This document shows positions 24,761 through 38,142 of a stretch of DNA of 64,000 bases, in pieces (the stretch's first letter is position 1; every line of letters starts with the position of its first letter). The notes under the pieces were generated by a model. It saw nothing but the letters and a program-made list of their open reading frames with translations, was not told the DNA's origin and ran no database searches. Location: assembly GCA_010909165.1 (NCBI GenBank), contig MU008191.1, positions 124,001 through 188,000 on the forward strand, in the 5' to 3' direction. Made by a program: the position numbers and the translations under genes. This DNA is from Anthoceros angustus (taxonomy: Eukaryota; Plantae; Anthocerotophyta).

Positions 24761-25577
24761 TGCTACTTGAGACACCGAAATTGCCATTTCAACAGAAGCT
24801 GCTATTTGAACAAAGCTTCCATTCCAAGAAGCTGCCATTCCTACTGAAGTTGCCATTCCTACTCAAGCTGCCATTTCTTACTATCTGATTGTGCAACGTC
24901 CTGATCCGTTGAAGCCATGTAGCTGTGCGTGAATGGCCGCGATGACACTGGCCTTGATGCCGCCGGTAATAGAAGTCCGCTTCCCCACATTTTGCTAGAT
25001 TGTCGCATATTTCCGCATATTGTGAAACCATATTGCCGCATTGCCACAAACAGGTGATCGTAAAATGGGTATTCCTGAACGGAAGGATAATCCGTTGAAC
25101 GGAAGCCATGGTGGCACCCGGTCGCCTCCCAGTGGAGAGTCTGCTCAGGTCAATACCTCCCGAAAATAAACCGCTCAAACTCAGCGGGTTCGCTCAGATT
25201 CACGAACGTATGCACAAAAAAATAGTTTGGCCAAACGCGTGAGTCAGCATCCATTTTGAGCCGAAAGGGTCTCTTGGAAACCCGCCCTCACAACATGCCC
25301 GTAGGCTGTTCGACAATATGCCTGCAAGAGATGTGGAACGCATTGTTTGCAACCTGTGGTCAACAACCTAAACAACCTGCACAATGTGCAAGCGAAGAGT
25401 ACGACCCTTTATATTAAGGGCCCGTAAAGCCACGTCAACACGGAGAACGAATTTCCTCCAATTTCGGTTTCGGATGGGACATCCGCTCATGGGTCTCGCA
25501 ATACGGCGCAGTACCTAATGAGACAAACTTTGTCGTGCCGGTGTTCTATGCAAGTAAACCCGACCCGGTGTTCCCCT

Positions 25578-25617
25578 AGAAGAAGAAGAAGAAGAAGAAG
25601 AAGAAGAAGAAGAAGAA
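25578..25617. repeat. (AGA)n microsatellite
   Basis: About 13 AGA units. Confidence 0.95.
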
Positions 25618-26049
25618 TTTTATTTAAGTCCAATAAGGACGGATCTCCGTCATGGGACTTGGTACTTAACAACTTGTACCATGGTATGCCTAAGCTACTT
25701 GCACCAAGGGCATCCATTCCCTTTAGGCATCCCATCTAATTACGATCAGGGATGCTTAATAACCACGTTCTTATAATGTGTGTCCATTTGGCCTAAGCCA
25801 TTTGGACACACATTTGGCTTAGGCCGTCCTGAGTGCAAAGTCCCGAAACAGCCGACCCGGTGATCCCCTAAGCCATCCCTAGTACACAGTCCCAAAACTT
25901 ACAGGCTTCCCAAAACTTGTAGGCGTATCGTCGAGTGTGGAGGCTTTCGGCCACTCCACCTTTACATTGTGTGGTTGGTCTTCATTATGATGAGCATTGA
26001 AGGAATGTGATTGTTTCTCATCATCAATTTGTTGGTTTCAGCTCGACAA

Positions 26050-26231
26050 GAATTAGATTGGGGCAACGATGAATACCTGGACATGCCTTGGTGGTATATG
26101 CCTATGCTTCTTTTTCTACTCACATGGTTTTATGTCATGAATCTTAAGTGGCAATCATGATTGTTGGCATGAATGCCAGCTCTCCAATAGAGTGTGGTGG
26201 AAATTCCCTAGGCTATACGTGTTATGGCGAA
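26050..26231 (+). pseudogene. 5' part of a Harbinger transposase split by the LTR element (start approximate)
   Basis: NRVWWKFPRLYVLWR joins in frame to TSEMGAWH..WHKKYRMS at 42943 onward. Confidence 0.7.
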
Positions 26232-29200
26232 TGTGTTTGACTTGCGATGGCCGGTAGGCGCACAATCCCGTGTCGTTGTAGGAAGAAATCCGTTCCCAAG
26301 GGAATGATAGGCTCCGTTTGCGCGTTTCGTGATTCTTACCACTAGCTCGTTCGATCTCAACACATACTCTAACTACTCAGCGTTCACCGTCTGGGCCGGT
26401 ATGGCCAAGCGTTTAGGGACCCGTTCGGCGTCCGTATCGTTCACATTCGTCACTCACACTTCGGTCCTTTCCTCTCCCTCACGCTACACTCCTCGGTCTT
26501 AGAAAAAGCAGCGGGTTACAGTCCGGACCTCCTCGTCGTTCCGGGCCTCTCGTCCAGCTCTGCCGCCCTCCGGAGTTCCTCGGCTCACACGTTCAGTCCG
26601 TTCGGTCTTTGGGGGCGGCTCCGGGCACGGGTCACCCGATCACCCTGCACACACCACAACACGTTAGGTCGTCACGGGACCACGATCAATCTCCCGGGCG
26701 CCGTGCACCTTTCGGTGACTCGGGACTCACGTTAGCAGAAGACACACAAAGGTGCAAGAGCGGCATCAACACCAAGAAAGATGATTTATTGGGCCTTAGC
26801 CCTCTTATACTCGCCGGTGGTGCCTTTATTACACCTCTATTACGGTGAGGGCCCATTTCGGTGTGCCTAACCGCCGCCTACTACGCCTATTCCACCTATC
26901 GCCGTCGGTGGTGGGTGGATAGCCCCATTCCTTCTTGGCACGGCCCAAAGCCATGTGCGGCGCTCGGATGATCCGCGGACCCTTCCTCTTCATGCAGCCG
27001 GGCTGCGCCACCGGTGGCGGCACGTGATCACCAAGTCTTCCTCGTCCTCCCTCTTCTCTCTCTGGCGGGCCCTGGGGTGGGCCCTCAATGGATCTGCTGG
27101 GGTTGGTGGTGGCTCTCCCCACTCCCAGTTTGGACCTCGGGACCTGTCTCGACTCGAGTCCGGACCTCTAGGTCAGTCTTCCCTCTGAGGTCCGGTCTCC
27201 TGGGCCCGGCCTTCTTTGAGTCGGTCCTCGGGGCCGGACTTGCCTCAGGTCGGTCTTGGACCCAACCCTTCCACAGGGTCCGGACCTCGGGGTCGGATCG
27301 TCACTGAGTGGATCCCTAAGTCAGACTTCCTTGAGGCGGACCTCGGGATCGGCCTTTCCTCGAGTCAGGACAAAGTCAGGACCTCGAACTCTGGGCATGC
27401 CTCCCGGGCTGGTCAGGTTCATCCACTGAGCCCTCCCTTGGTTCCCGAATGCCCGGTTGCTTTCCTTCCTCTCAAGATCCTCCCTCGTCCTTCCATGCGA
27501 GGGTCTTAAGTCTTACCTCGGTGTGTGCCCTTCCTCCTCCGGTTCCTCCTGCTCTCCCTCGCTGCTGCCGTCGTCAAGCAGGCTCCTAGGACTCCAGCGG
27601 TTGTCTTGTCCCGGTCCGTCCTCTCGCTCCTCCTTCCATCCCTTGAGTCCACCCTCCACTGGGGTGGCGCGGGACCTCGAGCCTTGAGGAGCTCTGCGTG
27701 GTAGTAGGCGGTCAATCGACTTTGAATCGCCTCCTCCACATGAGCACACTCCCTCCTCAGGTGCTCCGGCAGCGGATCGCCCGGCCTGCTCCCGTCTCTG
27801 GCCAAGCTTACGGTATGGTGCGGACTCCCTTGAGGCCGTCAAGGCTGCCTCCGTTACCTCTTGCAACCTTGCTTTCGGCGTTCTCCTCCTCCGTCGTTGT
27901 TGCTCACTTGATTCTGCCATGGGTGAGCTCCCTTCTGCTTCCTGTAGCTTTTCCTCCAGTGCTTTCTTCCCCCCGTCTATTCTTTCCGGAGGTCCTCCAC
28001 TTCCTTCTCCAGGCGGGCGGTATCCCGTCAGGCTCCGCCACATCCTGCTGCAACCTTGCGGCCGAACTCCTTGCAGCCTTTTCTCCTCCGTCTTCAAGCG
28101 GGCTGGGCGTTCTACCTCTCGAAGTCTTGGATTCTCTCGTTGAGAACCCCTGCTCCGTGCATCTTGGGTTGCAACTCCAAGGTGTCCTTGTTCCTCCGGC
28201 TCCTGCCGCCCTTCTACCTCCTGCAGTGCACCACAGGGTCCCCAATCTCCCGGGTGCTGGCCTCAGCCTCCTCACGGCTCGTGCTTGCTCCGACCACTTG
28301 CTCGGCCAGTTGGCGGCTCTCTCGGCCGCCTCCCTCCACGGTTCGATCACGCCGATAGTGATCGCGATCGGCCGCCGTGGCCTCCGCCTCCTTGGCCACC
28401 TTCACACAGCCTCTCCGGCTTGGCTCTGGTCGGTCAGGCTGCCTCGCAGATCCGCGCCCGTTCGCTTGCGCCGGGCGTCCTCGCTTCTGCTGCGCTCGCC
28501 CCTCACTGCGGAGGTCCTCCGCGCTTGGGCCTCCTTGGCCAGCTTTTGTTCCTCGGTGAAGGAATTTGTCCGGTCCTTGCGGATGGACGGACCTCCCTCT
28601 CCGCCTCCGGCGTTTCCTTCCTCAATCGGCCGAGCTTGGCCTTCCTTCTCGCCTCTGGGCTCCCTCCAGCTGCTCACGGAGGCACCATGCGCCTCGGGTG
28701 GCTTCCACCTCACAGGTCTTCTCGGCCATCCCTTGAGACCCCAGGCATTCCATGGGTAGCAGGAACCACCGTGTTTCCTCCACGGCGGCTGATGAGGCTC
28801 CCACAAAGTCCGTGGCGGGGCCGGCATCTCCGTCCGTCAAGGACCTCCATACTGAGGAGCAAGTCTGGGTTCTCGGACAATCGGGACCCTTAGGTCACGA
28901 GTCTTGGCTCAGCTTCCCCTCCTTGGCCCTTTTGGCGCGAGCTCCTTCTCCGCCCTTTTCCTCCACAGGGCTCGGCGGAGGTGATGGAGTCAGGGACGCC
29001 CTTTGCCCCTTCACCGGCGGGACCCGGCTCTGGATCTGTGCTGTGTCCTCCTGCTCCTCCTTCGCCTCCTTCGCTTCCTCGCTTCTTGCCACTCGTCGGC
29101 GGGGGAGAATCAGCATGGCCCAGGGTGCAGCGTTGGTAGCCGTGGTCTTGCGTCTCTTGGCTCTCTCACAGTCGGCGGGCTCCTCGGGGAGTGATGGCAG

Positions 29201-30642
29201 TGGCGGGGCTGCAGGGTGTTCTTCTGCTTGGGCTTACGGTTGGGGCACGGAAGGAGGCGGGGAATTCCCATACTGGGGTGGTGAGGGGTCCGTTCAGCGT
29301 ATGGAGTCAGGAATCCTCAGTCGTCCTCCTCCGTCCGTTTGGTTTTGACGACCGGCCTCCTCCCTCGGCGCCCTTGCCGCTCCACTTGGCGGGGCCTCGG
29401 TCCTTTCCGGGCGCTCGCTCAAGCTCTCCTTCCTTGAGGAGCTCATGCCCCATACATGGATCGGTATGGGGCGGCCCAGATGGCGAGGCTTCTCGGTCAC
29501 TGAGCTTGCGAGCCTCACAGCTAAAGGCGAAGATAATCCTTCCCGTCGCCCTCTTCCCAGCGGCAGCGTGCGGGAACACCAATAGATTATCACCAAGGTG
29601 ATCCACCTTTTGGTAGGTTCGATGGACGATGATCCGGGCCACCGCCCACTCGGCATCAGGTCGGATATCGACCAACCGTTGGTGGTCGTTGCGTCGAGCC
29701 TTAGCATCACTGTGGTGGCCTATCTTCCCCTTCGCCTTGAGGGGCTCGGCACCACTCCCCTCTTCCTCCTTGGGCGGTTGTAGGCGCCTTGGGACCTCAA
29801 GGTCCATCGCCTTGGGTCCTCCCGGAGGTTCTTGGACCGCACCTCCTTGTTGCGCCCGGCATCTTGGGCAAACTCCGGACGGTGACCTTCAAATGTCGGA
29901 CCATTTGGAACACATCCAAATGCCACTCCTGCACCAATTCTCCCGCTGAGCGAGCCCAAAGTCCGGATAGCGCGGGTCACAATGTTGCGCTCCACAAGGT
30001 TCCATGGCTCCCAAACTTCCGGGCTTTTGGGTGCCATCGCCTTCTCCTCCTTGGTTGCTGGCCGCTTGCCGAGGCTGGCGTTGCGCCTTCGCGTTGCTCT
30101 CCGACCTCAGCGGTGAGCGCGGCAGGCGTCAGTGTCCACGAGATACGCGGAGCGGTTGCGGGCGCAGATCGTGTCTCGAGGTGGCGGCCTTCTTGACCAC
30201 GCCGGGAGTAACGGCGGGCGCCTCTTCATCGTGGCGGAGTGCGCATGGCTTACTCGCCTCGCTGCAGCGTGCACGGCCTTACTGCGCGTACTCGGCCTCG
30301 CGTGCTGCAGCGCGCGGCGGCGTGAATACATATAACGGCCTCTGGCAGGTTACGGTCTGACCACTGCATGCCGTCCTCCACTCGGGTCGTCACGTGGCGT
30401 CGCCTAGTCCGTCCTTCGCCCAACTTCTAAGTTACTTTCCACGTACTTATCACCGGTCACGGGTGGGTCGGACTTATCCCGTTACCGCGCGCCATCGTAG
30501 GTCTTGCGTTCCTCACTCCGGTCGAGTATACTCCGGTCGAGTCAGTGCTAAGTGCTTATTTCCTCCTTTTCGCCTCATTTTATCCTTGCTCACAAAAACA
30601 AAACCCTACCTAATTTCTAACCCCCGAAGTCCGTAGTCCACA
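26232..30642 (-). repeat. 3' LTR (4.4 kb) with internal ORF starting at ATG 30037
   Basis: Begins TGTGGAC on the minus strand right after the PPT. Colinear with 36025-42938. Confidence 0.85.
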
Positions 30643-30675
30643 TACTCCCTTCTCACTGTTGGCGTCTCGCCAACA

Positions 30676-33600
30676 CTAAGCGTGTACTTTTCACCGCCAC
30701 CCGTTCACCAGTGGGCGGTTCACCATCCAAGCGCCGTGAGCGGACCCATTGGGGTATACTGTACGACTTGGTAAGGCCCCATCCATCGTAGGTGGAGTTT
30801 ACAGGAAGTGCATATGTCGGTATCGTAAGGAGGCGGATCTCCCTCCTTCACATACTCCCGATTCTAAAACGCTATCATGCCACGGCTTGCGTTGATTACA
30901 TACCGATTGCATTATTATTGCGCCTCTTCCGGTCCTCCGTGTCTTGTACAAACCCTAGCAACCGCTCGGTTGGCTCTCTTCATCCGTTAAGCGCCTTTCC
31001 ATCATGACCGGAGTGTTGGCACCTCAAACTCGGCCGGCATAACGGGTGAGTGCCGCCGTCGAATAATACGGAGTTCGTTGCGTGGTTACCTTCTGCCGTT
31101 ACGAGCGCCCGCCGATGGCGACTTTGTATCGATCGTGCGCATAGTTAACCGTCGCTTATTGAGGATCGGCGAGATAAGTCCATTGGTCTTCTCCGTCGAT
31201 CCGTTGGCCTTGGATTGTAGGGGCGTTTACGATGTGTGATTGCGAAATAGTCCGTCATTGCGTTATCACATCATTGAGGAAATGGGTTCCCCTATCACCG
31301 GTAGCGGACACCCATACCTTGTGATGATGTTTTCGTGAGGAATTTGGCCACCGTGCTCATGTCCGTTCGTAGCGACCTTCAACCCACAGTGCGGTGGTCC
31401 GTTGCCACCAAGATGTACCGCTTACATGTGCACGGTGGTTGGTGTATGGGTCCAGTCGATGCCCATTTCTCAAAAGGCGCTAGTGCTAGTATGGGCACTA
31501 ACGGCCATTGAGTTGTGGCCGTCGGCTTCCCGATCCGCGGACAAGCATCACACTTCTTCACAAATTGGTGTGTTTCCCCATACATGGTGGGCCACAGTAC
31601 CCAGCCTCCAAGATTTTCTTGGTGGTGACCTGTGCTGCATAATGTCCACCACCTAGTCCTTCGTGCATCCCCTTTATTACCACCTCCGTTTCCGTCTGTT
31701 GGAGGTACCTTCGTTCCACCGTCCCTTAAAGATGCACGTTATCTGATAGGAAAGGCGGCGTAGTGCACAAAGGCTGCCTGGACCCGGTTCGATTCGTTGG
31801 GTAGCTCCATCTCCCATAGGTACTTCCAACTCCGCGTAAGAGGCCGCCCCTGCGTCCTCCTTCTGCCGTGGGTCCTGTTCACCCGACTTGGGTTTGTCGG
31901 TGTGCTCCTCTACCTCCTCCTCTATCGCGCCACCAATTCCTCATCCAAGGCGTCCTCTTGATCCTGCGGGGCAGGCTCGTTTTAATGGATAAGAAGTCGG
32001 GCGTTGGTGTTGCGTCCTTGCCTAGTCTCCACCTCAAATGTGAACTCCTGTAGCAGAATCCACCTCGCAATTCGTCAGGACAAGTCGCCTTGTTCACCAA
32101 ATGCTTGGTAGTGATCAACATAGAACACAAACTCATTGGGCGGAAGGTAGTGTCCGAATTTCTTCAGTATACCATACCCAATGCCTCTCGCTCCGTAGTA
32201 GTGTACCTCCGTTCGCGTCGTGGTGTCTTCAGCGTAGTAGATTGGGTGATCCCTCGTTTATCATCTTTTGGTGAGCACTACCCGATGGCGGTGACACATC
32301 CGTACACATGGAATCGCTTCCCCGGTCAGGTCCTTTGAGTCTTGGGGCCGACAGTGGTGCGGAGGTCTCTGAATCGCCTCCCTTTACGGCGTCGGTCCAT
32401 TCCTCCTCCTTCTGAGTAGCTCTTAGCACAGGCCCGCTTTGCAAAATCTTGTATGAAAGCGATAGTAACCCATGCCGGAATCCCGTAACTCCTTCAAGTT
32501 CGTTGGTGGGCTGCAGGGTGGATGACTTTCACCTTGTCTTGGTCCACCTCTATCCCTCTTACGACACTCGGTGCCCCAACAAGATTCCTCATCATGCAGT
32601 AGCATTTCTCGGGATGCGAGCCGTTGAGTCTCCTACATCGTTCCAAACACTTCCATAATGTCCGTGTTTGTCCTCCTCTCCGTGCACCAGTCCAAGAACA
32701 CCTCCATGAAGTCCCTCGGGAATTCCGGAAGACATTGGTCACCATCCGCATAAATGATCCGGGTGCTCTGTCATCCCGCACTCCGTTTGTAGGCAAGCGT
32801 CCCCACTCCGTGGTGAATGTTGTCTTATCGGTCAGGCTCCCTTAGGTATGGCGGTTGTGGCCGATGGCCGTCAAGAAGGAGTAGGTACTCCGGCCCACCT
32901 TGTCTATGTCGTCCACAAAGGGCATGGGAAATGGTCCTTTTAGTGGCGGCGTTAAGCTTTCTCCGATCTGGACCGAATCGCCCTGCTGCTTCTTGGCCCG
33001 ACCACAATGCGCCACCCACTCCTTTGTTCACGATTGGGAAGATGATGTCGCTTCGGATACTTATCCGGACTTCCTTGACCTTGGCGAGTGCTTGGGATTG
33101 ATTTATCTTGCCTAATCCGAGGCACGCTCACGGCTTCGATCTATCCGGTGTTAGCCTTGTTTGAATGCCTTTCATATCCGTGACCTTGAAAGCAAACACC
33201 TGAATTCCCCAACAAGCTGTGAGGTCTCGTTTAACCCTCGGCATGCCCTTGCGGAATTTGAGAATTTCACAGGCGAACCTCCACGTCTTCCACATCGTCG
33301 GGTTGAGTCTCCCTTTCTCTTTGCGCTCGTCCAGCCGTCCTCCATCGGGTTCATCTTCACGCATTCCCCACTCCGAAGAGCTCGTCCAGTGAAGCAGGTT
33401 ACTTCCTCGGTTCTACTCCCGTCTCTGCTGGACCCTCCTCTTGATTGCCTTCCCGGCTCTTGTTCCGCGAGTCCACCCTAAAACAATCGATGACCTCCTC
33501 GTCCACCTCGCTCCAAAGGCGTCCTCCGGTAATCCATCTCCTCCTCGACCACGTGATTTTGGGAAAGGGTAGTCCTCATTCGTATCCTCGCGTTCATCGT

Positions 33601-35985
33601 CCCATGTCTTGGTGAGGTGTACCCTACGTGGTCTTGTGGTTTCTCACCACGTGTATGTCCTCCAGTGTCGCTACCGTCCTTCCCTCACCTTGGATCCCAG
33701 TCCGGCTTGAAGTGTATCTCCTTCCGTCCAGTGTAGTTTTGTCGGCGAGGCCAGCCGCTAGCGGACCTCATACCCGGAGTCGGGGTCGATGACAAAATCT
33801 AATGTATAGGGGCTCCGCTATGGTGGCTTGGACTCGGGACAACTCCCTGGCGCTCGCGCATGTCGCCATCCACGAGGGTTTTGGTGGATGGCTCGAAGGT
33901 GGTGAACCCGGCCGTCTTGCGGTGGCCTCGGTGATGAGGTTCACTCGACCCGTGTCTAGAGGCGTTTTAATTACACCCGCAATTTCCACACTGCTGGCGC
34001 CCGGTCGTATGAGATCGACCCTTACCTCACGTTCTTGCCCTTAGGACCAAGGGTTCCGCGTGGTTGCGTTTCACGATGGCCTTCGGACTTCACAGCCGAT
34101 ACGGGTTGTCCTTTAACAAGCGCCTAAGGGACACCAAGTGTTGTTGGTCCATCATCAAGTCGGCCACCTTGAAAGGGCGGGTGGTTCTCTGCGTCCGCGT
34201 TCGCCTTGTCTCCTCCGGTTTGGCTCTCTGTGGTGGCGGACCACTTAGGTCTGTCGGAGTTCTTCTTGAAGCATCTCGGTCACTTCCGAACCACATCCGG
34301 TGGAAGCTGCGTTGCCGTGGGTGTCCGCTTCTCAGGAGACTCCGGTGGCTTTTGGGGGTTCTTCTCTGGCGGGCTGCCGGTTTAACTCGTCCTCTTTGGC
34401 GGGTTCGGCTTCCCAGTGTTCCGTCCTCCGTATCCGTGGGACTATCCTCATTTTCTTCCTCTTGGCTCCGTTCCTTCGCTCCTTTCGGCGACTCGGGTTG
34501 ACACTTCCGGTACCTCGGTCCGCCTTCTTCTCCTTGGCGAACTTGCCCGTACCACCTCGTTCGAGCTCCTCGGTGCCTCCTCCCCTCCATGATTGTCGTC
34601 TTCAATTTATGCAGGCGCCGCCTTAGGGAGGGCGTGGTCTTGGCTCCCGGCCGGGGTTGCGTGGCTGCCGTCTCGGCGAGATTCGGACCGAGTCTTGCGC
34701 ATGTGCCCTTTGCCCACAATCTCCACGGCCGTTCAAAGTCCGTTGTATGCGGTGGGGTATGGGCCAGGCGTTGGAGTAGTGTCGGGGTTCCCAGTTCCAA
34801 CGGACCGCCGCCCGAGAATTCTGGAGGGCTCCCATGCGGTTGCATCGGAGGTGATGGATGGACCTCCGGCGGGTACATCGTCACGGGATCGTGGTCCGGT
34901 TGTGCTTCTTGCACTTGGTCATCCTCACTTTGTTCCTCGGACTCTTCCCGTAGTCGTACTCCACAGTTCACGGGTGCGGAGGGCGGTTGGCCTTGAATGC
35001 CCATGTTGGTGTGACACGCAAATGAGTCGACGTGGTGGTCGCTCACTCTTTCACACGGTTGATCGTCAACTCCTCCACCCTCTTCATTACCGTTCTAGAT
35101 CTTCCCTCGGCCGCTACTTCCTTCAAAGGCTGGGTCGAAGGACCTCTGCCGGGCATCATGACCTCCTTCTTTTCCACCCTCGACTCACCTCTTCTTCTTT
35201 TTTGCGGTTCTTCTTCTTCCTCTGCCTCCTGGATTCTTCGAGTCCTCTTCCTCTTCCTCCAAGTGCCTCGGTCTCATCATCCTCCTCGTCAGGGTTCTTC
35301 ATCTTGATTCCGATTCTTCTTTTTCTTCTTTCCTCCTGGAGGTCCTCGGCCGTCGTTGGTGCATCGATTCTTCATAGTTCTCCGCCGCCCGCCTTGCTCA
35401 CATCTTTCTGCAAGCAACGGCATGTAGCCATTGGCTTGGATAAGCCATGCGAACCACGCACTTTGCATGGTAGTGTGGGTGGGGTGCCGTCCAGTAGAAC
35501 CGTTCGATGTCGATCCCAACTTCTCCGTCTTCCTCTTTGGGTTCTCGAGTTTGGACAAGATGTAGCCTTCTTGATCGATTCGCGGAATCTTTCTGAAGGC
35601 ATCCTTCAATCTTGAAGGTTGCGGGGGCGTTACGGGTGGTCGGTATTTCCTCCGATACCAGGCCTGTCCCGAGGACCCTTGGAGCAATTTGGATTAGCTG
35701 CGTCACCTTCTCCGTTGAAGTTTGCTCGGGACAAAATCCTCCAAAGGTTTGCATCTCTCTCCTTCTTACCCAAAGAGAGAAACTTGGTCGGTTGTTGCCA
35801 TCCGATCGCAAGGGGTGAGGAACCGCCCCCGCCACACCGCTGCTGCTTCCTCCTCGATCAAACAACTCCACCACTTACAGCGGTTGTGCCTCTCGAGCTC
35901 GTCGTCTCTCACGTACTGCGCTCGGGGCTCGGCGATCCACAACGTCCGACTCTCTTAATTCCTTAACTACCTCCGTCCTCCGCAT
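30676..35985 (-). pseudogene. gag-pol (gag, protease, RT, RNase H, integrase), heavily frameshifted
   Basis: LDTG (protease), RKLNAATK, LLDG, APGSFMRMVTNVF (RT), CDAC..PFEKW, YILVATD (integrase). Same family as 1-1504. Confidence 0.88.
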
Positions 35986-36006
35986 CCGCAGCTGGGCGAT
36001 TTCATT

Positions 36007-36021
36007 CCCGCAGCGGCGCCA
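36007..36021 (-). promoter_or_regulatory. Primer binding site, tRNA-Asp type
   Basis: TGGCGCCGCTGCGGG on the minus strand, 3 nt after the LTR end CCACA. Resembles the Athila PBS TGGCGCCGTTGCCGGG. Confidence 0.8.
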
Positions 36022-38142
36022 AAATGTGGCGCGACTTTGTGATGGCCAGCGGGCGCGCACAATCCGTGTCGTTGTAGGAAGAAGTCCGTTCCCAAAGGAA
36101 TGATAGGCTCCGTTTAGCGTTTGGTGATTCCGCACTTGCGCTCGTTCGGTCTCAACACATACTCTAACTACTCTAGCGTTCACCGTCTGAGCCGGTATGG
36201 CCAAGCGTTTGAGACCCGTTCGTCCGTGTCGTTCATTCGTCACTCACACTTCGGTCCTTTCCTCTCTCCCTCACGCTACACTCCTCGGTCTTAGAAAAGG
36301 CCGCGGGTTACCGTCGGACCTCCTCGTCGTTCCGCGGGCCTCTCGTCCGGGCTCTGCGCCCTCCGGAGTTCCTCGGCTCACACGTTCGGTCCGTTCGGTC
36401 TTTGGCGCGGCTCGGGAGCAGGTCACGGTCACTTCACACACACACACACGTTAGGTCGTCACGGGACCACATCAATCTCCCGGGTATCGTGCACCTTTCG
36501 GTGACTCGGGACTCACGTTAGCAAGAAGACACACAAAGGTGCAGAGCGGCATCAACACCAAGAGAAGATGATTTATTGGGCCTTAGCCCTCTTATACTAC
36601 GGAAGGTCGGCGCCTTTATTACACCTCTATTACGGTGAGGCCACTCGGTGTGCCTAACCAGCCGCCTACTACCACACCTATTCACCTATCGCGCCGTCGG
36701 TGGTGGGTGGATAGATTCCTTCTTGGCAGGTGGCCAAAGCCGAGCCACATCGGTGCGGCGCGCAATCGGATGATCGCGGTAGGACCCCTTCCTCTTCAGT
36801 GCATGGTGCGCCACCGGTGGCGGCAGTGATCCACCAAGTCTTCCTCGTCCTCCCTCTTCTCTCTGGCGGGCCCTGCGTGGGCCCTCAAGTTGGATCTGCT
36901 GGGGTTGGTGTTGGTGGCTCTCCCCACTCCCAGTTTGGACCTCGGGACCACTGTCCGACTCAGTCCGGACCTCTAGGTCAGTCTTCCCTCAGGTCCGGTC
37001 TCCTGGCCGGCCTTCTTTGGAGTCCGGTCCTCGGGGCCGGACTTGCCTCACAGGTCGGTCTTGGACCCAACCCTTCCACAGGGTCCGGACCTCGGGGTGG
37101 ACTCGTCACTGAGTCCGGATCCCTAAGTCCGGACTTCCTTGAGGCGGACCTCGGGGTCCGGCCTTTCCTCAGTCGGACAAAGTCAGGACCCTCGTGGGCA
37201 TGCCTCCTCACGGGCTGGTCAGGTTCATCCATGAGCCCTCCCTTGGTTCCCGAATGCCCGGTTGCCCCTTCCTCTCAAGATCCTCCCTCGTCCTTCCATG
37301 CGAGGGTCCGAGTCTTACCTCGGTGGCGCCTTCCTCCTCCGGTTCCTCCTGCTCCCTCGCTTCTGCTGCCGTCGTCAAGCAGGCGCTCCTAGGACTCCAG
37401 CGGTTGTCTTGTCCCGGGTCCGTCCTCTCGCTCCTCCTTCCATCCCTTGGAGTCCACCCTCCACCTGGTGGCGCGGGACCTCAGCCTTGAGGAGCTCTGC
37501 GTGGTAGTAGCGGTCGGAATCGACAGATCGCCTCCTCACATGAGCCGGGCACCGTACTCCCTCCTCAGGTGCTCGGCAGGCGGCGCCCTGGCCGTCTCCG
37601 TGGCCAAGCTTACGGTATGGTAGGCGGACTCCCTTGAGGCCGTCAAGGCTGCCTCAGTTACCTCTTGCAACCTTCCTTCGCTCGGCGTTCTCCTCCTCCG
37701 TCGTTGTTTGACTCACGATTTGCGGGCCATGGGTGAGCTCCTTACCTTCCTGGCCGGACGAGCAATGCCTTTCCTCCAGTGCTTTCTTCCTTCTATTCTT
37801 TCCGGAGGTCCTCCACTTCCTTCTCCGGGGCGGTATCCCGTCAGGCTCACGGCTTCCGCCACATCTGCTGCAACCTTGCGGCGTCGAACTCCTTGCCGCC
37901 TATTCTCCTCCGTCTTCAAGCGGGCTGGGCGTTCACCTCTCGCTCGAAGTCTTGGATTCTCGTTGAGAACCCCTGCGCTCCGTGCATCTTGGGTTGCAAC
38001 TCCAAGGTGTCCTTGTTGTCCTCCGGCTCCTGCCGCCCTTCTACCTCCTGCAGTGCACCACAGGGTCCCCAATCTCCCGGGTCTGGCCTCATGCCTCCTC
38101 CTCGGCTTGCTCCTTGCTCGGCCCAGTTGGCCGCGGCTCTCT

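Noticed and set aside
36025-36625. Conventional ~600-bp LTR starting at TGTAATAAAGG, with tandem elements sharing an LTR
   Set aside because: All copies extend to a common TGTGGAC terminus next to the real PPT. The CAGAG TSD and the restored Harbinger frame bracket the long unit.
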